Below, one piece after another: positions 12,920 to 26,437 of a stretch of 64,000 bases of DNA. Under the pieces are notes generated by a model that did not search any database, was not told the DNA's origin, and was given only the letters and a program-made list of their open reading frames with translations. The translations under genes and the position numbers were made by a program. The DNA lies in the NCBI RefSeq assembly GCF_018977255.1, contig NW_024704743.1, positions 16,742,001 through 16,806,000 on the forward strand. Reading direction: 5' to 3'. Every line of letters begins with the position of its first letter. The first letter of the stretch is position 1. This DNA comes from Callorhinchus milii (taxonomy: Eukaryota).

Positions 12920-13287
12920 TTACTGCAGCAAAAGATAAAAGGATTGGGATAGATTGTCTGCTCGTGAAAGTTAAAGACCTCATTGTACTATTCCAAAAGA
13001 GAAGAGAATCCTGGAAAACAATCAACACCAGATAGATTGATTGTTCACCTCATCCATGTTGAGGGGACCAAGGAAATGGCTGCTGTGTTGCCTGTGAAAG
13101 TAGTCACTGTTGAAATTACCTTAAAGCCCTTTGAGATATTCTGATGCAATAAAGCACTACCTGCATAAAAATTGCAAATTTGCCTTCTTAAATGTGACGT
13201 GCCCCATAAACTGTTTGATCCGTGCTGAGGAAGCCCTTCTGCTGCATCCCCAGGAGCTTAGATCCATAAAGGCGACCTGTTGCACAC

Positions 13288-13641
13288 AATAATAATAATA
13301 ATCCTTATAGTTGATTTAGCGTCTTATCACATCTACGAGACGTCTCAAAGCGCTTCATAGAATATACTGCAAAGTGAATTGGCTGTACATTTTGTGGGCG
13401 AAATGCAGTAGCCAATAGCACACAGCAGTGTCCCACAAACAGTCATGGATTCAAGTGGCCAATTTTTTTTTTTTTTTGAAGGGATTGTTACCCCCGGAAA
13501 AGCGATTTGCCAATCGACTAACAACCGGGTTCCTGCTTACTGCTAGTCGAAGAGAGGCGTGTGGAGTAAGGAAACTTGCCCAACAAACCCAGGTCTTTCA
13601 CTTGCGAAGCGAATGTTCTAACCATTGAGTTACAGGACTCC
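13288..13641 (-). mobile_element. tRNA-Ala SINE, long subfamily
   Basis: Contains the extra segment (ctagcagtaagcaggaacccggttgttagtcgattgg) and the older tail type gagacgtctc...gtgataagacgc. Confidence 0.9.
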
Positions 13642-13839
13642 ACGTATATGATGTAAGCTTGACCTACGATGGGATCTTGCTTTCCATGAAGAGAGATGAG
13701 CATGACCAGAGTGCCCTTTGCCCTTTTTCAGCCCGGTCCTTCAGGACAAAGTCCAGGCAGAAGTTGGTGACCACAACCTCCAGATAACAATAAGAATCAA
13801 CAATTAGGACTGAAGCCCCTTGTATCTTCCAATCAATTT

Positions 13840-14141
13840 GGAGTCCTGTAGCTCACTGGTTAGAGCACTCGCCTTGCAAGCGAGACACCTGGGTTCAATT
13901 CCAGGCAGGGCGAAACCTTGGGCAAGTTTCCTTACTCCACACGCCTAATAATAATCCCTCCAAAACAAAACAATAATAAATTGGTCATTTTCAATCCACG
14001 ACTGTTTGTGGGACACTGCTGTGCGCAATTGGCTGCCCACAAATATACGGTCAATTCACTTTACAGTCTATTCCGTAAAGCGCTTTGAGATGTCGAGAAG
14101 ACGTGAAAAGCGCTATATCAAATGCAAGGATTATTATTATT
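13840..14141 (+). mobile_element. tRNA-Ala SINE, short subfamily
   Basis: ggagtcctgtagctcactggttagagc...(ATT)n. Confidence 0.95.
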
Positions 14142-15739
14142 CCCTCGAATTTCCCTCGATGTCTTCTCTTGAGCTGTGCAGAACCATGATTCTGCTCTTG
14201 GGGACACCCACCACCATGTTCCACCAGTGGCCCAGTGTTCAAGATGGCTGATGCAGAGTAAGAAGTCTGGTACAAACAGGGGTCATGTCACATCAGGCCA
14301 GTAGAAAATGCATTCAGTTTCAGATTACGTAGGAGTGTAAATGGGGCACTGTAGTTTATTTTGGGTCTGCATTACTTTCCCTTGGGTTAAAATAGATCAG
14401 TTATGAATCAATGTGTACCACTTAATAGAAAGTAATTGAATTTGAACAGCATCCAGTGGTAATTATTGTGGTCAATTTGTTGGAATGCTGCATTGTGCAG
14501 CGTGACAACAAACTGCTGCCAAATTCCTTTCTCTTTAAATAAATTTAGCATGTCCTAAGCCACGTAGGCAATGTATTTACTGAAGCAGATATGCAGGCTA
14601 AAATATATTCTTTACGAAAAATATTTGAGAAGTTTAAGCCCCAAAATTTCACCTACCCTTAGCCTTCGCCCATAAAATTATAATGTGGTCCTCTTTTATT
14701 GTATATCCTGTACAGGGTTTGAGATATTCTCCTGATGTGATAAGGATTATTGTTATTATTATTAGGGACATTTTGTCTGAAGATTTCAGATTATGAAGAA
14801 TTATGTAAAAATATTAGATTCAGTCCTAATTTGGCAGCTGTTTTTTTGTATTTCATAAAGGAAACCGTCCTACAGTTAACACTGAATTTAAGAATGTTTC
14901 ACTATTCTCTGCAAACTGAGACCGCTGAGAGGGAGAAACAATGCTGGGATGATCAACAGTTTTCCTTCAAGAAACACATGAATTGCATTATTTGAGGGGA
15001 GAATGGAACCCTTCATTGACACAGAGGGGGCAGTGGAAAGCCAGACCATTTTTAAGGATTAGTTCTTCAGATTTTCCTGCTTTCATATCTCTAGGGCAGC
15101 GAGATTCTCAGAATACCTTCAGAGCCATCCGATTTAGTCAGATTTTACTTCCCACCACAAATGATTGATGGATTGAAATCATTGGAATATGCATTCTTTC
15201 CCTGGAGGGAAACACCCTGCTTACCTCATTCCAAAGAGTATTAAGTGCATGGATGGCATAATAATAATTCTTGCATTTGATATAACACCTTATCACGTCT
15301 TCAAGACATCTCAAAGTGCTTCACGGAATATATTGTAATGTGAATTGACTATATTTTGTGGGTGAAACGCAGCAGCAAATTGTGCACAGCAGTGTCCAAC
15401 AAACAGTCGGGTGACAAAAAAAATTTTTAACCAAAACTTTTCTTTCATTTCGCCCACAAATATACAGTCAATTCACTTTACAGTATATTCTGTGAAGCGC
15501 TTTGAGACGTCTAGAAGACGTGAAAAGCCCTACATCAAATGCGAGGATTATTATTATTATTTACCAAAAGCCCAAACTTGGGAACTGCAGAGTGTGCCTT
15601 GACTGTCCAGCCCTTGAGTGTTCTCCTGATGGAAAAGGTGCTACATAAATGCAATTTGTTGTTGTTCTTTCCTTGCTCATGACCTCAGACAATCAAATAG
15701 TTCTACTATCACTGTTGCAATTGGCCTTTTACCATCTAT

Positions 15740-16435
15740 AACCTTTATGAGGTTCACGAACGACTTCCTCTCTATCTGTGACCAGGGCTCCCTCTGCCTC
15801 CTTGTCCTCCTGGATTTCTCTGCCGCATTTGACACACGCCATCCTCCTCCACCGCCTCTTCTCCCTCATCCACTTTAGTGGGATTGCACTCGCATGGTTC
15901 GAGTCCTACTTACCATCCGCCTCCACTTCATCTCGGCAAATGGTTTCTCCTCCCACCCCTGCCCAGTCAACTCTGGGATACCATCCTTGGCCCTCTATTT
16001 TTCCTTATCTATATGCTCGCTCTGGGCAATGTCATCTGCAGACACAGGTTAAACTTCCACATGTATGCAGATGACATACAAATCTACTTTGCCTCCTCCA
16101 GTACCAACTCCAGGTCTGCTGATGTTCTATCAGCTCGGCTGGCATTCATCAGGGCCTGGATGAGTGCAAACTTCCTGCAGCTGAATGTGGACAAGACGGA
16201 AGCCATACTCCTTGTCTCCTGTCAATGTCTTCACTTCTGCGGATCTAAACTCCTCAACCTCCCTGAGTTCTCCCTCAGATTCACCAAATCAATGCACAAT
16301 CTAAGCATTCGGTTTGACCTCCAACTGATCTTCCTCCCCTACATCCAGTCCCTGACCAGGTCCATCTTCTTCCACCTCTGCCACATTGCCCGCCTACGAC
16401 TATACCTTACCCCAAATGTTTGTCACCTCCCGCCT
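15740..16435 (+). mobile_element. L2 LINE RT fragment
   Basis: LVLLD.SAAFD, ILGPLFFLIYMLALG, FHMYADDIQIY, WMSANFLQLNVDKTEAIL. Confidence 0.92.
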
Positions 16436-16774
16436 TACATTTGATATACATTTGATATAGCGTCTTATCACATCATTGAGACATCTCAAACCACTTCACC
16501 AAATATATTGTAAAGTGGATTGACTGTGTATTTGGGGGTGAAACACAGCAGCCAATTGCAACAGCTATTGGCACTAATGTACCTATAAAGATGGAGTGTA
16601 GCTGCATCTATGAGGTAAATTTTGCAGTATTCCTTAAAGTGTTCCTTAACTTATTTAAGGAACAGCATCCTAAGGAACAGCAGCATGTGACTCCCTTCTC
16701 CAGGTAATTTGTTTCTCCCACTGAGAGTCCTCATGCTGCCATAATGAGAGAACAATTTATTGTAAGAGGGACAC

Positions 16775-18719
16775 AAATTCCCTTGAGGAATAAGAGTACC
16801 ACAGGGAAAGCAGTTCATCCGTGGTTAACTAGAGCAGTTAGAGAAAGTATAAAACTAAAAGAAAAGGCCTATAAAACTGCCAAAAAGAGTAGCAAACCTG
16901 AGGACCGGGGAGTCTTTTAGGGACCAACAAAGGAAAACCAAGAAGCTGATTAAGAGTGAGAAAATGGATTATGAGGGCAAGCTGGCTGGGAACATTAAGA
17001 CAGATTGCAAGAGGTTTTATAACTACATTAAGAGGAATAGGCGAGCAAAAGTAAATGTGGGTCCATTACAGGCAGAGAGAGGAGGAATTATTATAATGGG
17101 GGATAAGGATATGGCAGAGTCCCTAAATAAATACTTTGCTTCTGTCTTCACATTAGAAGACACAAGAAGTTTACCAGAAATAGAGATGAACCTAGGGGCT
17201 AATGAAAGGGAGCAACTTAGGGAAATTTACATTAGCAAAGAATTGGTGCCAGGGAAATTGTTGGCATTAAAAAGTGACAAGTCCCCTGGACTTCATGGTT
17301 TGCATCCTAGGATTTTAAAAGAAGTATAGACCAGTCAGTCTGACATCGGTGGTAGGGAAAATTCTAGAATCCTTAAGTAAGGATTGCGTAGTGGGATACT
17401 TAAAGGATCACAATATGATTAGACAGAGTCAACATGGCTTTACAAAAGGGAAGTCATGATTAACAAATCTTTTAGATTTTTTTGAGGACATATCAAGTAG
17501 ATTAGATAGGGGGGAATCAGTGGATGTAGTGTATTTAGATTTCCAAAAGGCATTCGATAAGGTGCCGCATAAAAGGTTGATCCACAAGATTAGGGCCCAT
17601 GGAATTAAGGGGAATACATTAGCATGGATTGAAGAATGGCTAACGGGAAGAAAACAAAGAGTAGGGATAAACGGGTCCTTCTCAGATTGGCGAGATGTGA
17701 CCAGTGGAGTGCCACAAGGATCAGTGCTTGGGCCTCAACTATTTACAATCTACATCAATGATCTAGAGGAGGACATCAAACTAAATATATCCAAACTCGC
17801 GGATGACACTAAACTAGGAGGGAGAGTAAACACTGAGGATGACATTAAAAAAATGCAACGAGATATAGATAGGCTAGGTGAGTGGGCAAATAGGTGGCCG
17901 ATGAAGTATAATGTAGGGAAGTGTGAGGTTATCCACCTAGTGGCAAAAACAGCAGAGCAGATTATTTTTTAGAAGGGGAGAGACTAGATAGTGTTAGCGT
18001 TCAGAGGGACTTGGGTGTCCTTGTACACAGGTCACAAAAAGTTAGTTTGCAGGTACAGCAAGAAATTAGGAAGGCTAACGGTATGTTGGCATTTGTTACA
18101 AAAGGGTTAGAATATAAGAGTAGGGAAGTTTTGCTGCAACTGTATAGGTCCCTGGTGAGACCACACCTAGAATATTGTGTGCAGTTTTGGTCTCCTTATT
18201 TAAGAAAGGATGTACTCGCCTTGGAGGGGATACAACGTAGATTCACCAGGTTGGTACCTGGGATGAGGGGGATGAGTTATGAGGACAGGTTGAGTAATTT
18301 AGGCCTATACTCTCTAGAACATAGAAGAATGAGAGGTGATCTTATAGAAACCTATAAGATGATTAAGGGGCACGACAGAATAGATAGTGGGAGACTTTTT
18401 CCCCTGGTTGGAGAAACTATGACCAGGGGTCACAGTCTAAAAATTAGGGGTAAGTCCTTTCACCCTGAGTTGAGGAAAAACTTCTTCATTCAGAGGGTAG
18501 TGAATTTATGGAATTCCCTACCCCAAAGGGCTGTAGATGCTCAGTCCTTGAACATATCACAAGACTGAGATTGATAGATTTCTTGTGGATAAATGGATTA
18601 AGGGATATGGGGATAAGGTGGAGTTAAAATAGATCAGCCATGATCTTATTAAATGACGTGGCAGGCTGAGGGGGCTGAATGGCCTACTCCTGCTCCTAAT
18701 TCTTATGTTCTTATGTTCT
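16775..18719 (+). mobile_element. CR1 LINE (second family), decayed ORF2 with an internal deletion near 17326
   Basis: LNKYFASVFT, KSPG..GLHPRILKEV joined directly to [50 protein letters not shown]. Ends in the (TTCTTATG)n tail. Confidence 0.95.
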
Positions 18720-19324
18720 AAGAATTCTTGCATTTGAATATAGCGCCTTTCACATTCGGAGGACATCTCAAGAATCTCACAGGATATCTTACAGAATTTG
18801 TGGTAAAGTGTAGTGACCAAGTATTTTTGTAAATGTTTGGCACTGTATCAACTGTGGGCTGTGTTTTGGTTTAATGCTGCTTTCCCAGGGTTTATCTGTT
18901 GAGGAGGGCTGAAATCCATGCATTCCTAGACCAAAAGAGTAACCCTCAAAAATAAAGTCGGCTAGAGCTGTTTGCTACAAGTTTATTTTGAGGCTATCTT
19001 TTAACATTTCCCTTTTATCTCAATTTTTCAATAGCAACATAATGTATTTGGATACAAGTATTTTGGGATTTGTAACTTCAACTCCAATAAGATGTTGGCA
19101 GCTGTGTATCTTGTGCAGTATTAACAGTTTGTGATATAAATGGATGTCTTGTTCTATAGTTAATTCTGCATGTGCTACTGCTGTCATTTCAAGGAACTGT
19201 TTTTCTGCATTCGCTGCTGAGTTAGCTGATCTTTGTTAGCCAGCAAAGACTATACAACTGCAGCAGCAGCGGACTATACAACTGGACTTGGTTAGGAATA
19301 AGAAATAGTCAGGGTTCCCGCTGC

Positions 19325-19820
19325 TCACCCTCACCAGGCTCCGTGAACCCATTAAACCCACCCTCGCCCTGCTCCACTGGTTCCGCATCCCTCAGAGGAT
19401 TGAGTTAAAAATTCTCGTCCTCACCTTCAAGGCCCTCCATGGCCTTGCCTCTTCCTACCTCTCCGACCTGTTGACCCCTTATCAACCTGTCCTTCCCTCC
19501 GCTCAACAGGTTATTGGCCTGCTCTTTGTTCCCTGCCCATCCCATCGGTAGTTGGGCCTTCAGCCTCTCTGCCGCCACTCTCTGGAACTCCATCCCACAT
19601 TCCCTTCACCTCGCTCCCTCCCTTGCCTCCTTCAAGGCACACCTCAAGACCCTCCTCTTCGACAGTTCCATCGGCCACCCTCGCACCCTCTCTGACCTCC
19701 ACCCTCCCTGATCCCAACCCCCTCTGCCCCACAGGGGTCCTAATTCCTGACTGTTCAGCATCTTGGGATGTCCTCCGATGTGAAAGGCGCTTTACAAATG
19801 TAATTTTGGATTGTATTGTG
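19325..19820 (+). mobile_element. L2 LINE 3' fragment
   Basis: LHW..IPQRIELKILVLTFKALHGLA remnant and L2 tail. Confidence 0.9.
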
Positions 19821-20574
19821 TTCACTTCATGGTTACTTGTGGGATATTGCTGTGTGCAATTTGGTTGACGTATTCACCCACAAAATATACAGTCACTCTA
19901 CTTCACAGTAAATCCTGCGAAGCATTTTGTAATGTGCTCCTGATGTGAAAGGCGCAATACCAAATGCCAGGATTATCATTATTATTACAATTATTTCACC
20001 TAACCATTGATCACACGTTTTTCCTATTGCATTAGTTTATTTCAAGATGGTGATAAAGCTTAGGTGATGAAGATGGTGATAAAGCCAGAAGGACTTTTGT
20101 TCCCATGAGCTACATTTCCTTCAAGAAAACGTTGTGTCATGTCCCTTTGCTGATCAGGAAGGCAAAGAGGAAATAGGAATCACTGCTATTGTTTGACTTT
20201 CTCTGAAAGTATAATACAATCCAAATATCCTATTTCATTTATTGTCCCGTCAGTACAGTTTATAGGCTCCTTTCTCTGTTTCTTCCAAATGGATACAAGT
20301 AGAGGTTGTCAGTGTGCCACAGTCAGCAACAGTTGGGTCAGAAGGTTAAACTGGGATTTAAACTCATAAAGGCCAAGCTACGAGGCCAGTTCTGCACTGG
20401 GAGGGCACTGCAGTGTTGCAGCTCCCATGTTATGAATGAAAAATTAAAACAAGGTCCTATCTGTATGTTCAAATGGATGTTAATCAACGCATGACACTAT
20501 ACAAATGGAGAAGGGAGCATCTCTCAGTATCCCGGTCAATTATGGCTCCAGATTCAACTCATGGCTATTGGAAG

Positions 20575-20866
20575 GGGTGGTTGCGGAAAGCTTGGAAATT
20601 AACTTTCTCCTTGGTGACACGCTTGGCAACAGAATGTATAAAATCAACCCTCTGTGGGGGTCTTGACTCTTGCAAATCTGTGCTTAATACTTTCTGGAAT
20701 TAAGAAAGCAGCGTGCATCCCTCTTGGAAGGGAGTGCATATTCCATTCCAAACATGGAAAATTTCCTTGTGTAGGTGACATGCATGGAACTCTTAGTCTG
20801 GTTTGGATGCTCCTACATATGGTAAAAGGTTCCACATGTCTCAGACACCAGCCGACTCCAAAAAAT
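20575..20866 (+). mobile_element. RTEX-like family 3' fragment
   Basis: Homologous to 12600-12919 and ends ccacatgtctcagacaccagccgactccaaaaaa. Confidence 0.7.
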
Positions 20867-21087
20867 GATGTATGTGGAGTTTGCTGATGTACATGGCTAC
20901 GTTGTTAGTCTGCAAAAATACTTTTACAACTGACAGAAATTGTGTGTGAAGTGTTCTTCAAACTTATAATTTGCTATAAAAATTCTTTCAGTTCTTTCTT
21001 ACAGGCTTCAGACAACTATAGAAATGTACGACCCATTTTATTAGTGTTGATATCAAGAAATATTTGCCCGATAGTGTCATGGAATAT

Positions 21088-21528
21088 TGTAGCACAAAAC
21101 ATTGCACCATCTGATCCTGGAAATGGCGTCCGACTAGAGACCACGGGAATGCAAGTTTATGAAAACATACTGATTGAGGAAGAACAGGGAGTACGGACAA
21201 GGAGCTAGATAAGGAGGAAAAGTAGTCTCAGCAAACAAGAGGGACATACACAAGGGCACCTAGGCTAGTGGAAAAGTAACATCATGAGCAGATCACCAGT
21301 ACACCAACTAGCTGGGTATAAATACAACAGACACACAAAAGAAAAGTTGAGCTCCACAGAGTAAGAACTACAGGTTGCTGAGCCGAGTGCTGGTTATCAG
21401 GCAAGACTGCTTATCTGGTAGTATATTTCTGTTTCATTGTTGAATAAACTGTCTTGATTGTACAACTCTGTGTTCAGACCTTTATTGGTTAATTATGAGG
21501 ATCCAATTACGGTAGAAAGAACCCAACA
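21088..21528 (+). mobile_element. Solo LTR (Gypsy-like)
   Basis: Begins TGT and ends ACA, flanked by ATAT on both sides (21084-21087, 21529-21532). Internal TATAAATA (21317) precedes AATAAA (21443), the U3-R-U5 order. Confidence 0.7.
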
Positions 21529-23249
21529 ATATCGAATTGAAGGATTATTATTATTGATTTCGTAAGATTTTCTAGTCTCAGAATTTAACCTCTACATATC
21601 TTGGGTGATGTTATTGATGTTGTATTTCAAAACTGAAAAATAAAATAAAGGAGCTGGGTGAATGTTTGGGTATGAATACATATAAGATTGAATATGGACC
21701 AGATGAAATAAGCTCAGAAACATCCAGTGACACTTTTAGAATCGCACACACCCGAACCCTGTTCTGCATTGGTCAACAATCCTCTGTACATGGTTGAGTA
21801 CCTTAGCATCAAGAGCCATCAGCCCCTCTGACCTGGTAGGTATCACTTTTCACAGGTTAAGCACCGTGCCCAAGATGTTTAAAGACTGCACTCTTGTTCC
21901 AGAAGGTGACCAACAACAACAACAAATTACATTTATATAGCGCCTTTCACCTCAGGAGGACGTCCCAAGATTTTGGAAAGGAAGGGATCCGCACCTGAGC
22001 TGATGGTTTGGATCAGGAGTTTGGTCTGGAGTTTCACCACAATGCCGAACAATTAGAGATCTTAGGCTTTGCAAAGCTATTAACAAACACGTAATTGATT
22101 CCCGGGACACTCTAAACTCTATGCCAATGGTATGTAATTGCGTATCTCGAGAAGGAAGCAGAGTGCAACGCTGTCGGCAGGATTTGCTCCACCTTTTAAA
22201 GTTCCAGGCTTCACATATTCCAATCTCCCATAAGGAGCAACAGACAGTCAGAAAACCATTGTGTGAAATCATCCAGCAAGGTGCCCACAGCCTCTGGTGT
22301 GCATCACCTGTGCAGCTTCTGATGTACGTTGCTCCCCCAGGTTAGAGCATGGACCCTTTTGTCCGAACAAGGTTAGCCGAGCGCACTGCGACTTCCACTC
22401 CCAGTAACCCCGTCAAGTGTAAAATTTGTATTGGTTCTCAAATGTTTGTAAAGTCAGACCAGCCCAGAAAATGACCAATCTGACCATGGCTTATACTAAC
22501 GTCTGGAGTGTCTGAAATAGTATAAAAGCCACTCAGAAGATAATCCAAGATCAGTACCGCCAGGGTTTGAGTTAGACCGATAACAAATGGCTACTGTGTA
22601 ATGGTTACAATGGTATTCAGTGTTTCTTTTTAAGCTTGTTTTAACTGACCTTGACTACCAGATCCATAGAGCCACTGTGCAATCAGGGAACACTGACCTA
22701 TTGTGACTATCAGCATACTTAGAGTTCGCCTGATATCAGGGGTGCAACACCAAACAATTGGGACTGGCATAAGGAAAACTACCAGCTCTGGAAGTACAGA
22801 GTACCTCCCCATCCTGCACCCACCTACAACCAGACAAAAGTTACCTCTGATGCTAATCACACGCAGGGCTGGAATCAACTGGGTAGAAACCGACTGTTTG
22901 TACAACCTGGGGCATGTAAGAGAGATGAAATGCAATTTTACAAACTATGATAGAATATCAATATTCTATCACTATTGATGGAAGGGACATGACCATCAGT
23001 GAGTCTTACAAAGTGCAAGCAGTCACAAAGAATAATGGTTGGCTCAACTATTACATTTCACTTTCTCCATTATTGTGGATGCTCTTTAAATGATTTCTGA
23101 AGAGACTGAAGTGAATTACAAGCCTGAATTAATGACATTATAACTGCATTAATGTAGTTTTCAAGTGCTTCAAGCTGACAAAAAGGCAAGAGGCTAAACA
23201 TGGGCAGGAAAGTTGCCTTTGCCGCCTTCACAATCTTGATTTCTTTCCC

Positions 23250-23542
23250 TAGCTAGACGTGCAGCAAGAAAGCTTGCCAGACAGTGCTCTCAATAGCAAG
23301 CTATGCGGTTTTAACTGGTCAGACTCCAACAGTACCCCAACACACACTCTTGGTTCTTGCCATCCTGAGCTTAATACTCTCTGGAATTAGGTAAACAGGC
23401 TGTATCCCTCCAGGGTGAGAGTCCATTCCAATAAATATTTTTGGAATTTCCGTGTGTAGGTGGGATGCATGGAACTCTCAGGTTGGTTTGGATACTCTTA
23501 AGCGTGGCGATGGGTTTCCGCATCTGACACCCAACTGACAAT
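23250..23542 (+). mobile_element. RTEX-like family 3' fragment
   Basis: agcttgccagacag...caagctatgcggttttaactggtcagactcc...gggtttccgcatctgacacccaactgac. Confidence 0.75.
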
Positions 23543-23599
23543 ATTTTTTTCACCTGATCTTGTATTGAATCCCGCAATTTCAAACGTAAAACAGATGAC

Positions 23600-23858
23600 A
23601 ATAATCTTTGCATTTGATATAGCACCTTATCACGCCTTTGAGAATATACTGTAAAGTGAATTGACCGTATGTTTTGTTGGCGAAACGCGGCAGCCAATTG
23701 CTCATAGCAGTGTCCCACAAGCAATCATGGATTGAGTGACCAATTTTTACCCCTCAGAAAAGCGATCCACCAACCAACTAACAGCCGGGTTCCTACTTAC
23801 TGCTAGGTAAACAAAGACAAGTGGAACAAGGAAACTTGCCCAACATTTTGCACTGCTA
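23600..23858 (-). mobile_element. tRNA-Ala SINE, long subfamily, headless
   Basis: Reverse complement of the SINE tail, Deu-like block and ctagcagtaagtaggaacccg segment. Confidence 0.85.
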
Positions 23859-25261
23859 AGAAATGTCTAGCTTGTGAATACAGAATGATCGCATCTATAG
23901 AGAGGGAAGGATCATAAAATCACAAGATCACAGCAGGAAAGTTAGGCTGGTGTTTCCTGAGCAGACACTAAAATGCTGGCATCTCTGTGGTCACCGGAGT
24001 GCTGGGCAGATCCATGTGAATGAATGTGGGGGTGGAGAAGGGGTCGGGGAGTATTCCCTTGAAGCAGTCATCAGTGAAAAATCTCCAGGAGTGAAATGTC
24101 CCACAGTGTGACACATTGAAATATTGCTAATTGCAGGCTCCATATCCCTTCCAGAACAAAATACATTCAGTCAAATATTTTCAGGGAGTCAAATATATTA
24201 AGGAAGCGAATAAACATATTTAAAACAAAAAACATTTTTGGAGCCCTGTGTTATAGTTTATTTTGGCTCCTTCAATATATCAAGTTGAAAGGGCAACTCC
24301 AAACCTCCTGTAGGACTGGTGAACCCTTACAGGCTTTAACTTAAAGCAGCAGACCCTGTTTGTATTCTGAGAATACAGAATCATAGACATTTGCAGCACA
24401 AAAGAAGGCCATTCGGCCCATCGATTCTCTCACAGAGAGATGTTCATTCAATCCCGCTGCCCTGCCTTAAACCCATAAACCTTCAAGCCTCTCAATCCTT
24501 CAGTCTCAAGACCAACAGATGGTCCTATTGGTGTTCTGAAATTTGGGTTTTATCCATTGCTTTTCCACAGACAGTGAATTAAAATCACTAATAAAGGCAC
24601 TCTCTCGTGGCCAGTTGGCAGAAGTCTAGAAGCAGGATAACAGGCTGGGAAGTAGGGAATAGTGCAAAGCATGGAGGAAAGGGGGCCAGAAAGGGAAGAA
24701 TTATTTCTTATAAAACACCAGATCAAAATTACAGTATTATATAACTAAACTGAAAGATTTGCTCACAAGGAGCTCTGTATCTTCTCTACTGATTCAGGCT
24801 GTGATGTAGCGACAAGATGGGGTACAAACCCTGAACATTTTAATGATGATCCCTGAAATTCCCCATTAGTCTTCCATCCTAAACCAGTCCAGTTTTACCC
24901 GTGAATAAACTAATACTACTACTAATTATTATTATTGTGCTCTGAGATGCTATCCTGCGTGAGGCACAATATATAAATGCAAATTGTTGTTGAAATAATA
25001 ATCCTTAAATTTGATTTTGCTCCTTGCACATGGGAAGGTGTCTCAAAGTGGTTCACAGCATTTTACTGTAAAGTAACAGTAAATATATATTTTATAGGCA
25101 AACACAATCAGAGGGAGGGAGAATAGGGCCCAACTATTGTATAAAATGTATTGTTTCCCAAAGCAAAACCGAGAGAATGTTGCTTTTGACTCAGCCTGAG
25201 AAAAATGTGTTAAGACATTTTTCTAGCCTCCCCTTTAATTCTTTTGATGATTTCAGACAGG

Positions 25262-25530
25262 ATGTGGCAGCCAATTGCGCAAGCCAGTGTCCCACAAACA
25301 GTCATGGATTTAGTGACCAAATTACTGTTTTAAAAATCTTTTTTTAAGGGATTATTAACCCCAGAAAGCGCTCCGCCAACCAACTAACAACCGGGTTCCT
25401 ACTTACTGCTAACTAAACAGAAGTGTGTGGAGTAAGGAAACTTGCCTAAGGTTTCATCTTGCCTGGGAATCAAACCCTGGTCCTCTCGCTTGAGAGACGA
25501 ATGCTCTAAGCACTACGCTACAAGACTCCA
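25262..25530 (-). mobile_element. tRNA-Ala SINE, long subfamily, tail missing
   Basis: Head (…ctacaagactcc) and body match 53640-54007. Confidence 0.85.
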
Positions 25531-25799
25531 CAGCAAAGCTCTGTTCAAGCTCTCAAATGATATCTGTGCTACTTAACACATGTTACAAATTGACACACTT
25601 GTCTATAACATAAATATTATTCCACTCCATCTGATTTCCATGAACTCGTTAAATTTACAGTATTTCCTAATGAACTATTCGAAATTCCCTAATGTGGGTT
25701 GCAGCTGAGTCATTCTATCCTCCAAAGATCTTTATGATTTCAGCAATTGTAGCTGAATACATGGGAAATAAATTAAAATTGGAAAAGATCCATTAGAGA

Positions 25800-26420
25800 A
25801 GGTGATGTCCAAAAGCACAGCTGCATGCAGATTTACTAAAACACATGCAATGAAAACTTCCAAGGTCAAGAGCAAGGGCAGCAATATTGGATATTTATCA
25901 CCAGCCTCAGAGAGGAGCTTTGTAAGATCTAAGAAACCAGTGCAGATCCTGCAAATACTTTAATAATCTGATAGCTCAAAAAAATAAATTTTTGCTACAT
26001 TTATGTGTGCACAAAAAAACCATAAACACTCTTTGAGCAGATGTGGTGCTTGCAGGAACAAGGCAAAAAGCTCACAGATCAAAAAGTAAGCAATCACTTC
26101 AAGTCCATAAAACATGAACCTATTAGTGGAGCAGATGAAAGCCTCTCTGTGCTTTGATGTCAGAATTTCTTTAGTTTGTTTGCTTTCCAAATGCCTAGAA
26201 GGAGAATTGTATTGAACTGTATCATAAGGCCTTCCTTTACCAGTTAAGATATAAAGATTAAACAACAGCTGAGTGAATAAGAAAAGACTTGCAAAATTGA
26301 ACTTGATTAAATAAGTGGACATTTCTGGTAGAATTTTTCAAATATAAGAACAAAGCCTTCAACAAGCAAGCTCTAAAGATGTATGATGTTTGAAATGTGA
26401 GATATGAAATCTGGTAATAT
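25800..26420 (+). mobile_element. Possible highly decayed hAT (Charlie/Buster-type) transposase relic
   Basis: Fragmentary translations AMKTSKVK, KKPV, KYFNNL, QKAH and KQALKM loosely recall the Charlie motifs MKPSKLKRH, KP.EYF, KKPHTI and KALK in the correct order. Many stops. Confidence 0.3.
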
Positions 26421-26437
26421 TCACTGGTGATAACAAT

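Noticed and set aside
16964..18568. Functional reverse transcriptase gene
   Set aside because: The CR1 ORF2 is broken by a deletion, stops and frameshifts, and is 5'-truncated. The same applies to the other CR1 and L2 ORFs.
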